A stretch of 63,772 nucleotides of DNA, the filler included, from Lenisia limosa (lineage: Eukaryota > Protista > Breviatea): assembly GCA_001655205.1 (NCBI GenBank). It is 17 parts of 17 records of this genome, joined end to end, with 100 filler letters (N's around TTAATTAATTAA, not from the genome) between each part and the next. Parts side by side here need not be neighbours in the genome. Positions count along the whole stretch, not along the records: positions 51,217 to 53,358 come from LPNZ01003266.1; positions 53,459 to 60,331 come from LPNZ01008424.1; positions 60,432 to 62,452 come from LPNZ01000457.1; positions 62,553 to 63,772 come from LPNZ01000951.1; 13 more parts are not named here. One strand, written 5' to 3'. Within the stretch, counting starts at the first letter, position 1; every line of letters starts with the position of its first letter. Of this stretch, positions 51,371 to 63,772 are shown in pieces. The translations under genes were made by a program, and so were the position numbers. The notes beneath the pieces were generated by a model. It searched no databases, had not been told where the DNA came from, and saw nothing but the letters and a program-made list of their open reading frames with translations.

Positions 51371-53190
51371 CCACAATAACATTTCCAGTCTGGGTGTAGC
51401 GAAGGAGGGTGGTCCCGTTGTTAAAGAAGCAAGTTGCCTTCTGACTGTCTGCTACCAGGGTGGGTGTGGGGATCCGCTCGATTCCTGAGCATGGCTCGGC
51501 CTGGGAGGGGGGTAAGAAGGAAGTGAAACGAATGAAATTTCGACGAAGAATTTTGGCGTAAAGGTACTTAATACGAGCTGAATAATAATCTGAAACTTCA
51601 AAAAAACGGGGGAGGGGGGGAGGTAAATTGGGAAATTTATGAAACAATAGAAAAAAAAAAAACATCCCAAAATCAACGCGTGTGAAATTTCGATGAAGAA
51701 CATTGGCGCATCCCTTTACAATGTATCATGAAAAAGAAACCCCCAAAATCAACCTGCTTGTTAGATCATTAGATCATTAGAGAGGGGAGTTCAAAGTAAA
51801 GTAAACAAAAGTTCACTTCGGTTCGAAAAAAGACTGAATCCGATAAATCCTCGAAAACTATCGATATTATACCGGTCTTTTTCGAACCGAAGTGTACAAG
51901 TAACACACCTTAATTTTGTTATGTTCGAGATCGTAGACAATGAGCCGTGCCGGGAGAGTAGCAGGATACATGGGAGCAAGAAGGATGTACTGGAGGGATG
52001 AGACTATGGCTTCACTTCGGTAAGAAAAAAAGACTAATTTCTGGATAACTCCTCGAAAACTACCGATATTGTATCGGTCTTTTTCAGACCAGAGTGAAAA
52101 GCACAACATTGGGGTAAGAGGTGTATTGGAGCAATATATGATATATTATTATATTAATATTTGCAACCAAATTATGAAAAAAATTGTTAAATATGGGATA
52201 GCATTGGTTCTTATCGAGGGTTTATCGTGAAATTACACTTCTTATGTATTCCAAAAAGCCCCAAACACAACTCACGAGGTTGGAACGGAATATACAATAA
52301 GATGAATGGATGATTGATATATCGTGTGGTATGATGTTGATACCTATCGAGGATTTATTCCGTTTCAATAATATATCTCGAAAAATATGCCCTTAACCAC
52401 TCACAAGATTGGAATGGAGGATGTCGGTATCGATACTCAGTACAATCTCGTTTTCGAAGACTGTCACTCTTTCGGGACGAAGAGCTGAGGAATAAAAATT
52501 AGAGCTGCACTTTCGGTTCCAAAAAGACTGAATTCTCGATAAATCCTCGATAAATATCGATATTTTACAGGTGTTTCGGAACAGAAAGTGAAGCTCTAAT
52601 ATGGTTGGGTAGTTTAATAATTAAGTCAAATCTGAGATATTTAGACACATGTACATAATAATATATCATGTATCAAATGTTTTGAGATTATAAAAAGAGG
52701 ATTATTGCAATTAATTTTCATCCAGTGGGTGTCTAAAATGGTGTTTTCGTAAAAGCTCCCACTTGTTATTTAGAAATAGTCTTCACAAAATAATAACACA
52801 GAGTACAAATAACAGATGCGTTTGGTTCCAAAACGGATTGAATGTTTCATCTTTTATTAAGTCACAGAGGGTACCAACCTTGGTCTTCTGACGAGAACTT
52901 GTAGATGATAGAACCGACAAAATCGGCTGGGTTTGTCAGAAAAGAACTAGGGATAGTTCATGAAAGAAGGTAAAAAATGTACAAAGTGCGTGATAAGATA
53001 AGATATACTACCAATACTGAAAGAAAAATGACAGAAAATAAAAGAAAGAGGTGAATAAGAGAATAAGATGATATTTGCACCCCCCCCCCGTGACCCACCC
53101 TTGGTTTCGGACTGGTGGGGGGCATCAAGAGTAACCGTGTAAAACACCGTGTCAGTACGGTCATCAGCACTGGGTTGGTAAGGGGGGGAG
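51371..53190 (-). CDS. Hypothetical beta-rich protein, internal exons
   Basis: Exons ALRPERVTVFENEIVLSIDTDILHSNL, YILLAPMYPATLPARLIVYDLEHNKIK, AEPCSGIERIPTPTLVADSQKATCFFNNGTTLLRYTQTGNVI. Confidence 0.55.
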
Positions 53191-54610
53191 GGGTATATGA
53201 TATGAGAGAGATGAGAAATAAACAAGGTTGTATCTGGCTTGCAGTATACTATATAGTGACCGTGGTAAGTCTTGACCGTGTCTGGAGGGAAATCACTCAT
53301 ATCATACTATTTTGTTTTTACAAAGGATTCACCTGTGTTGGCTGACAACTCACGAGGGNNNNNNNNNNNNNNNNNNNNNNNNNNNNNNNNNNNNNNNNNN
53401 NNTTAATTAATTAANNNNNNNNNNNNNNNNNNNNNNNNNNNNNNNNNNNNNNNNNNNNTGAAGGGGGTTGATGGAGTGCTGCTGTCTGGGAGGGGTGAGA
53501 TGAGGCTGTTGACATGGCAAGACAAGTGAATAAATACGATCAAGTAATTGAATCAAAAGACAAATTCACATTATTGTAAAAATTTTAGAAGTCAAATTTT
53601 TGTACTTGTGTTCATTTGACTCTAATAAGACCGATAAAATACCGAAAATTATCGATAGTTTATCGGGGCTTTGCTTGACAAAGTTATACTATTTCAAATG
53701 AAATCAATTAAAATAATAATAATTTTATCAAAATGATGTGAAGTTNNNNNNNNNNATCTTGGTGGCCAACTTTCCGGAACTGCGGTGACGGGCGTTTCCG
53801 GTGAGGAGAGGCTTGGGGAAGTGCTTAGCGACATCACCAGCAAGAGCACGAATTGAAGGGGGTTGATGGAGGGAGTGCTGCTGTCTGTGAGGGGTGAGAT
53901 GAGGCTGTTGACATGGCAAGACAAGTGAATAAATACGATCAAGTAATTNNNNNNNNNNNNNNNNNNNNNNNNNNNNNNNNNNNNNNNNNNNNNNNNNNNN
54001 NNNNNNNNNNNNNNNNNNNNNNNNNNNNNNNNNNNNNNNNNNNNNNNNNNNNNNNNNNNNNNNNNNNNNNNNNNNNNNNNNNNNNNNNNNNNNNNNNNNN
54101 NNNNNNNNNNNNNNNNNNNNNNNNNNNNNNNNNNNNNNNNNNNNNNNNNNNNNNNNNNNNNNNNNNNNNNNNNNNNNNNNNNNNNNNNNNNNNNNNNNNN
54201 NNNNNNNNNNNNNNNNNNNNNNNNNNNNNNNNNNNNNNNNNNNNNNNNNNNNNNNNNNNNNNNNNNNNNNNNNNNNNNNNNGCGTCTGCCAGCGCCGTGT
54301 TTGGCGGTGTGAGTCAATATTGTCGATTGAAGAGTAAAAAGTAAAATTTTTATTTAAACAACACAACTCCCCCTTTACAAAGAACGGAGTGCATCGGTGA
54401 GATCAACGTACACCATGATGAGGTTGTACCAATGCACAACAGCGGGACAGGAAACGGTCTAAAACAAGCATGTGTACAATACAGTTAATAGTATCCTAAG
54501 AAGGCAAAATAAACACCAGAAGGACAACAAAGAGGTTTAAGTAAAGAAAAAGAAAATCACAAAGTTTTTAATTAATCACAAGGTTTATGCTGAGCAGCAT
54601 ATTATATAAT

Positions 54611-57600
54611 TAGGTGTTTAAAACCGCGAGCATGATTAAAACCGCGAACAAGCCAAAAATCGACAAAAATCGCTTCATTAACACCCTTTTTAGTGTGAAA
54701 TTCAGCAATTTTGAACACTAGACTATCAATTAACATCCAAACAAAGCAATTTTGACCAAAAAGAAGAAAAACAAAAGAGAACATAGCAGCAGAACTTGCT
54801 TTGAAAAAAAATGCTGAGTTTGGATTCTTGTGATGCGTTGTCCCTTCAGTTTGATTTAATTTATTTTTAAAAAATGATAAAATTAATTTGAATTTTTGTA
54901 TAGACTTGGGGGAAAGAAAGAGAGGGTGTTAAAAAGAAGGCAAGGGAAAGCAAAGTAACTCTTTATGGCTTTGAATGTATTTTTCAACGAGCATATTTTT
55001 TCTGAAGCTATATCGCAACCTCCCTTAACCATTCCAATCTCGGTTTTAGTGGACCCCGGCTTTATTGATTATCAACTAGGTTTGAAATTGAGAGATTCTC
55101 GCTATTTTTGTCTCTCTTTTTGTCTTGCCTTCAATTCCCAACTATTTTTAACCTCTTGTGATTTCATACATCTATTTTCAAATGGTGTATAGTTGGCTTT
55201 TTTTTTTTCATTTTTGGGAAAAAAAATTGTGAGTTTGGAAATTACAACCGCAGATCAACGTAGTTATTGTCCAAATAGAGCTTGTCTTTAAGACTCACAA
55301 GGTTAGCACTGATCTCAAGTGATGGTTGATATCGATAGAGGATTGGGTAGGTAGGAACAACATCCTCCCCCCCCCCCCTTTTTTTTNNNNNNNNNNNNNN
55401 NNNNNNNNNNNNNNNNNNNNNNNNNNNNNNNNNNNNNNNNNNNNNNNNNNNNNTTATTGATTCCAAACTCATTTACACTAAATACTAACATCTTCTTGGG
55501 TTCTATATCCACCCGTCCTCATGTGCACCTTGGTTTGATCGAAATAATCCAAGAGTAAGATTTGCCAGTGTTTAGGATTGAGGCTTCACTATCCTTAGAG
55601 TATATTATATTATATGATGATATATAATTAGTACACTATCATATTTGTTTTGTCTCCTTAGGTAATATTTTTATTCCTCGCCATTTTCGCATTATTTCTA
55701 CAGCTTAGGAGGATGCCTTTTTAGTGTAGAGAAATGAGAAACTGAGACACACTCACGATCATCAAAATTTGGCGATCACGCTATCACCCCTGATTTTCGT
55801 TCATCAAGTCAACAAAGGGCTGTTAATCTCGAAATTGAAGGGGAGCTGACCCCGTCAATTCTACATTGTACAACTAGGGGGGATGCCTAAGTAATGAAAG
55901 AAAAACTATGTATTCTGATTTCTTTAACCGACATAGCGAGGCTGGAAACATCCGCTTTTAAGTTTCCTTAATTCAGTCACAATCATGACAAGTCGAAGAA
56001 AATGGGTGAATAAAACAATGGGTATACAAATATCCCAATAACTTAATTAGTTATCCAATGTATACTTTTAAAAAGCCAAAATATTTCAAACACCAAAGTC
56101 CAGTGCAATACTACACGACTTACTAGGTACGAGGAGGACAAATTTCCACCCTTTTAGAATATTAATGATCTATTTTTGCTGTTTTAGATTGAAGGGTTTT
56201 CCAAGTGTACATCAATACGACAAAGTATGAGCTCTATGAAAAAAAAGGAAAAAAGTTATGATTTTCATAACTTTATTGTGGAACTTACGCATATTCTTTC
56301 TATGTTTTGATTTTATTGTATTTTTCACCGATTTAGGTCATGATAAATTCAAAACCGTGCACGCTATCCCAAGTTGGAGCTCCCACTGTAATGTTCTATC
56401 TTCAGGAAGAAACCATTCCAAAAAAGGTTCAAGTTCTTACGGTTTATCCTGTTTATTGATAAGATTAACAAAGCTCACCATTCTGCTGTTGATTTTGAAT
56501 TAAAGAACGTGCGCAAACTATTTTGTACGTCAATTATCGCCATAATTCTTGATGAAGAAATTACTCTTCCAAATTCTGATCTGAAAGAAAAGCCTCAAGA
56601 GTCTGTATTACTGTCTTATATAACTGGAACAGTTTTTTTTTACATTTCCTTTTTTATTATTTAGATTGAAAGGTTGTTAGAAAATGCAAAAGATCTAAAA
56701 ATGATTCCTCTTATCCGTATTAAAGTAATCTTTCCACTAATTAAGTGGTTCATTCATGATCATTCAATAACCCCTATTTTGATTCAAAAAATTGGAAGTA
56801 AATTTATTGGACGAGTTGCAAATCCTTCTTCTTTAATTATATTTTCCAAGTTTTACATATCTTTCACAATAGGCGTGCGGATGTTAAGTTTTTAAAATCT
56901 GGCCCTGTCGTGAAACCTCCAAGTCCACTTCTCAAATCAGGAGTTACAGATTTGTTATCTCAAACAATTACCAACCATCAACTTATCGTCTTACAGGTTA
57001 GTTTTGATTCAGTTTTTTCACATTACCTCTAATTATTCAAATTCCTCGAATACCATGTTTTCTAATTAGATGGGAAAAAAAAAAACGAAACTGAAAGTCA
57101 AAAATTGGAACAACCGTATGAGTCGGGGAAAATGGGCATTGTTATTTTTTGCAATCCGAAGCTGTTTCATACGAAAAACTACATGCGGAATTATCCCGAA
57201 GGGTAATTTTAGTTATAAATAAACCGCCGCTGGCAGATAATTGCATTGACGACAGCATGACAGACACCAAGCAACACGGTGAAGACCTCTACTTACGACA
57301 ATTTTTCAGTTGTTTTGGACTGAACACTGATATGCATCAGAGGTTTTATTTCAATTTTTAAAGATCTTTAAAAAAGATGTATTGAGTAAGAAAAGGTCTG
57401 ACACGAATGATATGTAACTAATTGCTCACCAGGAGCGTAACACCCCGGCGTCACGCCTTTCCGACCTTCTGGCCCACCCGTTTTGTCTTATTTTATTTTT
57501 TTTAATAGCAAATTTTACAGGTATACCTTCGTTTCCGGTTTACTCTTCTCTTTCTACTAACCTGCCATTTATTTAAAAAAACTGAATTGAAACAATTATG

Positions 57601-60157
57601 CTCAAAGACACTCCTTCGAGGTAAGTGTTGGTATAAACGACCGACGGTTATGTGTGATCCCATTGATGTCCATCCTTTCTCATAAGTTAGTCTTGTAAAC
57701 AATATACCGTGTTGTATTTGAGTATTTCATATTATTAATATAGAAGAGGCTAACTTATCTTCATAGTAAGGTTGTCATCTATTTGTAGTGTTGTGTTACA
57801 GGTGTTTTTAGTTTTTCGTGTCCCTCCCCCCCCCCCAAATTATAAGAAAATCATTAGTGTGAATTTGAACGTTTTCAAATTAAGCAAGTTTGGTGAGAAA
57901 CTAATATGCATAAACAAACATGATGCGTAAGACAACAGACTCATGGCAAAGCAATCAACNNNNNNNNNNNNNNNNNNNNNNNNNNNNNNNNNNNNNNNNN
58001 NNNNNNNNNNNNNNNNNNNNNNNNNNNNNNNNNNNNNNNNNNNTACCCAATAATAGAGATTGTTTAAATAGAAGCGTAACCCGGGGAAAACAATAATTAC
58101 CTGTAACAATAATAACCAGTACCATGAAAACAATTTCAAAAATAATCACCAAATAATGCAGTGATTTCAAAACAACAGGTGCTTACATTAATGTATGTAT
58201 GTCATAACACAATGAAAAATACAAGGACGCTGGCAACATAAATATGATATATTACAATATATTACATGTACTATATACATATCCAAGAAGATAACGGCTT
58301 TCTAATTTCCAAAACAATTGCTGATACTTTATACAAAACTACCAGAACGTTGTTTGTATGTAAGCTGGTCGCCTGAACATCATTTTAAAATAATGAAGAA
58401 GAACAAGCAGCGACAATTAGAACACATCAGATAAATGAGTGTTAAATATACTTACTATTATTGCTTATTACGCCTGTTCAGATTTCAATAATAGGAGTTA
58501 TAAGATAAAGAGAGATTAGATAGGTTGATAGTTTTTATTGATTTTCAATAATAAAACCCATCAAACCATTGGACACCCGATTTTCATTCACAGTCTTGCA
58601 AGAGCGGGCAAATAAAGTCCACATGTTGATTTTTTTCATTAATACCTAGTGGAGCAAGGGTTACAACCCCAGTGATCTTGTTAAAGTCAGTCTGGGAACT
58701 ACCTTATTAAGTAAACATTTTCTGTTCAAATCATTTTCTCAAAGAAAGCACAATCATCAACTGATCGCCTAATTTTGCAATAGTACTGTAATCATCTTCT
58801 GGGAAACCAATTCTATGAGTGGATTAGTTGTTAGAAGCTCTCAATTGTTTCTTAAGACTCACAAATATTAGGTTGAGGACATGGCTGAAGCTGTTTCCAA
58901 ATTTGTGAATAAATCAGAATTGAAGGCTGTTAATGAGTTTATTCTTCATCATTACCAGAGCAATTTCTCTTTCTATCAATAAAAGGCAATCTTGTAGAAA
59001 ATCACAAATAATGTTGAGTCAGTAGTTTGGGAAAAAGGTGTAAATCATTGTTGTTATATGTATATCCTCTACAATTCATGAAATATTGACATTGTTTTTT
59101 TTTTCCTCGGTTAATTAAAAGAGTCCCGTGTTTGAGTGTGAAAGCAATGCTGCTGAAATATCGTGTTAAAGCGGGAGCCTGAGAACCAAAAGTCAACTTA
59201 GCATTATTAAAGTTATTTGAGGGAAGTCAACACTACATACAGGTGAATCATACCACCTTGGACATCATTTTTCTTTCGGCCAAGAGTCGGACATTAACAT
59301 CCAGATTTAGGGTTGAGGGCAAACTTGACGTGAAGTGTTAAAAAGGCTAACTTTTACATTTACAAACAATGTGCCTACCCAGGCAGTGAGTCTCGGGTCC
59401 AGCTTGGTGTTGCATTGTCTCTGCGCTGGTTGGCCCACAGGCCAGGCTGCTCCAGACGTAGATGTGCATATAAAGTGTCCCCCCCCCCCAGGCGACCCTT
59501 TTTCGAAGTTGCGAGCCCCTGGCCACTATTATTTGTGAATACTTTATCAGTGACAAACACATTAAGAGTTTAAGTTTTAAATCATTGGACAATAACGTGA
59601 ATGACAAATGAGAAGCCAACTTGGTGTCTGCTGCGAAAATATACTCAAGCGAAATCCATAAGTTCTGAGACGGTTCATCAAGGTGTTTTCACTGGGTCAA
59701 AAGGTTTTATTGTTGGAAAGGCTGTAGACACCCACAGCCTTGAATCTGTGTTGAGGGTTTGCTCAACATGGCAAACCAAGGCTAAGAGCAGCTCAGCTGC
59801 TTGAAAGCGGGGTTAATGGACATTGTTTGCTCGCCTTTTTTTAAGTGGCTAAATGGGATAAAGGTCGTTTTCAGACTGTTTTTGTAAGAGTCAAATTCGT
59901 TTAATTTAACATCCTCTATCATATTTTCGCCCCATAGCCAGTGATTTTAATTTATTTCACATCAAAAATTGAAGTACCATGAAGGTGGTATTTTGCATGT
60001 ATGTTGATACCCCTTCCTATTCTTATGAATAAAACCCTGTATAAAGGAGTGTTTCGTGCGATAATTTGCAAAAAATGCGAAAGAGGCGTAAATAAGAAGC
60101 GTATTGGCTCAAAAATTGAAAGAAAAGCCTCCTTTTTGTTCGCGGTTTTAACTATAG
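54611..60157 (+). mobile_element. AT-rich island with fragmented coding potential; candidate decayed DNA transposon (Mutator-like, tentative)
   Basis: 16-bp inverted match TTAAAACCGCGAACAA (54636-54651) / TTGTTCGCGGTTTTAA (60136-60151); broken frames such as FSHNHD, NYPE..CID, RPTVMCD, HCLC and DCFC; none of families A-F seen inside. Confidence 0.35.
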
Positions 60158-60298
60158 GTTGGTGTTGGAAACGTGGACATGCATAAAGCCGTGGACAAAA
60201 TTGAACTTCTTCTCATAACATTTAAAAGTTGTTTTAATAATTTTGTTGTGGCTGATTCTGCATTTACGTACGTTCTTGACGATGAGCTTCAATTGCAG
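60158..60298 (+). CDS. Isolated phase 0-0 exon (47 codons)
   Basis: TATAG|VGVGNVDMHKAVDKIELLLITFKSCFNNFVVADSAFTYVLDDELQLQ|GTATGT. Confidence 0.5.
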
Positions 60299-60483
60299 GT
60301 ATGTAGTATTGACCGATGTACTCCAAAAAAGNNNNNNNNNNNNNNNNNNNNNNNNNNNNNNNNNNNNNNNNNNNNTTAATTAATTAANNNNNNNNNNNNN
60401 NNNNNNNNNNNNNNNNNNNNNNNNNNNNNNNCTTATAATATCATATGCATATATTATATATTATAATATATATTTTTGGTATA

Positions 60484-60559
60484 CAGTGACCGGGATAAAT
60501 TGGCCGATTTGCTATGTGATTTCTCAAGAATAATATGACAAGGCTTACCCCGGTCAGTG
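60484..60559. mobile_element. Family F Tc1/mariner-type MITE (about 75 bp, TA TSD)
   Basis: TA|CAGTGACCGGGATAA...TTACCCCGGTCAGTG|TA; second copy 60857-60929; fragments near 6810, 53256, 62335. Confidence 0.8.
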
Positions 60560-60586
60560 TATATGTATCCCATTCTTAACCATTCA

Positions 60587-62100
60587 GTGCACTCCTCTCG
60601 AAAGATCGGCCCGTCACCAAGACCAGGCCTGTCGCCTCTCCCATCACCAAGTCTCACCCCTCAGTAGGATTGGGTTCCGCCTTTCTAGAACCCTTAGTGT
60701 TTCTCCTGAGTATACAAGCACTCTTTTTTGGGGGTGTATCTAGGGCTTCACTTCAGTTCGAAAAAGACGGAATTTCTCTATAAAACTCGAAAACTCTATA
60801 TTTTACCGGTCTTTTTCGAACCGAAGTGAAGCCCTAAGTATAATATGTTGCGTAAACAGTGACCGGGATAAGCCTGGACCGATTTTCCTTGGGAAATCAT
60901 GTAGAAAATTGGTCTTATCGCGGTCACTGTATGCTGGAGGGGGGTTGTATTCTCCCGTGAATATTTGTGTGTTGGAGGGGGGTTGTATCCAATGGATACG
61001 TGGCATCATATTTGATCTTCGCTAAGGGGGTTCACTCCGGTCCGAAATAGACCAGCAAAATAACAATAATTAAAATATTTATCGTGACATTCAGTCTTTG
61101 TTTTATTTGGACCGAAGGGAAGCCCTATTTTCAATACGACTTGACCCCCCAGTATCAGCAGGAACCCCTCCCCAACCCTCGAGGAGGAAAATGAAAATCG
61201 TACGCTGGAGTGATGGGATGCGGTGCTGCAGAAGCGACTAGCCTGGGCTTTTATGCTGAAGTGATGGACTGTTCTTTGTTTGTTTTGTTGTTTTTAACTC
61301 TTGCGTGCGTCTAAATGCTAACCAACAGAGTTGATTCTGGAAAATTTCAAAGATTGTGCGTTTTCTTTGTTGTTTCATTAATAGCCCATGATTCCCCCAC
61401 CAACATAGTTGATTTTGGGCTTCTTTTTATTTTTCAAGTGTTTCAATTACACTCCCTCCTCTAGCGTCCTCAGTCTCCCCTCGTAGTCTCTCATCAAGTT
61501 CACTGTCCCCCACTTTGCCCCCTAATTCAGCTGTAATTCCCCTTGCACGGTGGGAAAGAACTCTTTTTTGCTGTAAAGTCTCTATTGAAACTATAATTAT
61601 AAAGATAAAGTCTCTATTGAAACTAGGATCAATATGACGCGCATTAAGAATAGCTTGCTTCAGATATCCGGGACAACTTTCCTATCTGAAACCCTTGCTT
61701 TAAGTGGAATCGTTAGCTAGCTGATAGTTAAGGTGTAAATTAACATTTATTTGGTTAATTAGTAAGGGAATCTCTACTAGTGGTTAATTTTATCTTTATG
61801 ATCCTGGTTTTAATTTTGATTGAACTTGAATCACGCCACTTATGCCTCTTTTACTCCTGTCTCAAAATCGACTTCAGGTCACTATCAATACAAAATAGAA
61901 TAATATTTTGAAATCGCTCCAAGGAAGGCCTATACTTCGATAATTAATCTGTTACAACTTTCCCATGAGAAGAATCAACGACGATTTCCCCTTACGTTAA
62001 CAGGTCACCGTCAATGACGTCGCATTCTGCCACAGAAATCCCAAGTCTCACCAAGTACTGCTGGATTACAAAGCAGCGCTTACACCATTTTCATTGACAT
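60587..62100 (+). CDS. Hypothetical protein, internal exons
   Basis: GT-AG-bounded open segments at about 60587-60709, 61153-61199, 61465-61550 and from 62005 (VTVNDVAFCHRNPKSHQVLLDYKAAL). Confidence 0.45.
60741..60836. mobile_element. Family A MITE, near-perfect 28-bp TIRs (TSD not preserved)
   Basis: TAGGGCTTCACTTCAGTTCGAAAAAGAC / GTCTTTTTCGAACCGAAGTGAAGCCCTA (1 mismatch). Confidence 0.9.
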
Positions 62101-62619
62101 ATACATGTTTCACATTTTTCATTGACAAACATTTTTTCATTGACATAGAATATGCACGTACATTTCCAAATTCATCCCACTGTTATTCCACTATTCTTGC
62201 TTCGTTTCACTTTTTTTGTTATCAACCTATGTATGCCATCAGAGTTGACTTTTTTTTGTTTCATAAATTGTCCAATTTCACCCCCTCCCCGAAAGCCGCG
62301 ACTCAGTTAATACATATAGTATATGCATAGCATAGTTCGGTCAAGTCTTATCCCGGTCACTATATATCATATATATTCCAATCTCACGTGTTATCATCCA
62401 ACACATTGTTTTTGTTTTTGTTTCATAAGTTTCCAATTTCACCCCCCCCCCCNNNNNNNNNNNNNNNNNNNNNNNNNNNNNNNNNNNNNNNNNNNNTTAA
62501 TTAATTAANNNNNNNNNNNNNNNNNNNNNNNNNNNNNNNNNNNNNNNNNNNNTAGTTGTTCCATGATGAAATGGCAATTAATAGCCAAAGTGGAAAGTGG
62601 GTTCATTACTAATCTTGGC

Positions 62620-62886
62620 GTTCCCGATACGATGACTTCAGCAAGGTGAAGCGCAGTATCACAGATCTAAAACGTGAGTGGAAAAATCCGCCCAAAAACA
62701 ATTTTTTTTTCAGATTAAAATTTAATAATAGGGAAACAAAAGAAGAAAAACAATACATAAGGATACAAACAATGAAGAACAGCAGGAAGAAGACACCAAC
62801 CTCATGGTTACGAACTTGGAAAAGTCCTGACACAACCTCAGCCAGAGGCTCCAGCCGTGCCGCATCGCGACTCAACAGATTTTGCA
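62620..62886 (+). CDS. 3' end of a hypothetical gene
   Basis: RYDDFSKVKRSITDLK|GTGAGT then ...HQPHGYELGKVLTQPQPEAPAVPHRDSTDFA*. Confidence 0.4.
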
Positions 62887-63772
62887 TGATAGTCAGGCAT
62901 TGGGCCTGGCTTGCAGTGTTGCCCCGCTAAATTGTCACGTGTTAACAGGATAGTACGTTCAAGCTTCCTTATAGTACACAATTGAGAATCATGACCCCCC
63001 TCCCGATGTACATATTAGTATCTCATATCACGTAGTATACACAACAGAAAAAAAGAAAAAGAAAAAAACACAGAATATAAAATCCTCCTACCCCTCCTCG
63101 GATGATTTTGATGACGTTGTTGAATTTCATGGGCTCAGACTGTAACGAGTACCCCTCTGGAACGTCAGCCAAAAACACAGCGAGAAACAAACGGTTTTTG
63201 CAGTATTAAAGAAATAGAAACCTGGTTGCCAAAAATAGAGAATGTGTGTTTGAAAAGAGAACAAATAGGCAATGTGCAAATTAATCCTCAGTAAAGTCCC
63301 ATCCATACAATTTGAACATTCCTCCTCCCCCCCTCTCTGGAATATCAGCCAACAAACACCTTGGGAGAAAGGGTTTTCAAAGCAAAAAAGATAAAAACAG
63401 GATCGCCAAAAAGATACTTGGAGAGAAAGTGTTTTGAAACAAAGCCTGATACTCCTTTCATATCTCATTTCTACAAATGAATCCTCAGTAAAGCCCCATC
63501 ATTGCAACTTGAGCATAGCCCCTCCCCAAAATAGTCTACTCCATCATCCAAACAATAAGAAACAAAACTAAAATAAATATTACATAGCAATGAGAAATAA
63601 ATAAGGTTATATCTGGCCGAGCGTCCACGCCATCATGCTGATAGAGATATTGGATTATAGTATTCACTCAATCATTTGCCTTACAACTCTGTACACACAG
63701 CTTTCTGCGTGCCTCCCCAAAAAAAATAATAAATAATACTAACAATAATAACAAGCAAATCACCCCCCCCCC

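Noticed and set aside
53459-53947. About 90-bp direct duplication (53459-53549 vs 53854-53947), possible LTR or TSD
   Set aside because: One copy starts at a contig edge and the other ends at an N gap; most likely redundant assembly or allelic overlap.
57421-57482. GC-rich 60-nt patch within the AT-rich island, possible structured RNA
   Set aside because: No tRNA cloverleaf, rRNA or snRNA motif recognised and no second copy in the window.

Overview
Eukaryotic nuclear DNA from an intron-rich microbial eukaryote (species not identifiable from sequence alone), standard genetic code, GT-AG introns with loose donors. The window is not one locus: it is 17 short contigs joined by 16 identical 100-bp artificial spacers (N44-TTAATTAATTAA-N44), plus many ordinary N gaps beside G/C homopolymers. 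Recognisable, mostly partial, multi-exon genes: NEK-type kinase, IPT/TIG Ig-fold protein, SDS22-like LRR/LRRcap protein, C2CD5-like protein, RimJ/RimL-type GNAT, large secreted protein with Cys-rich tail, DDX3/Ded1 helicase, TRMO/TsaA tRNA methyltransferase, a head-to-head secreted C-type-lectin / fibrinogen-like pair, a WD40 protein and an ASH-like protein. The most striking feature is non-coding: introns are assembled from a small set of dispersed repeat modules. Three families (my labels B, C, D) lack terminal inverted repeats, lie almost always sense to the host gene, often end exactly at the 3' splice site, and in two cases make up nearly a whole intron (Introner-like candidates). Also present: a hAT-type MITE (8-bp TSD, more than 20 copies), a Tc1/mariner-type MITE, a fifth family with a 34-bp perfect hairpin copy, and a 5.5-kb AT-rich island that may be a decayed transposon. 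All exon models and copy counts were read by eye and need RNA-seq and alignment confirmation.
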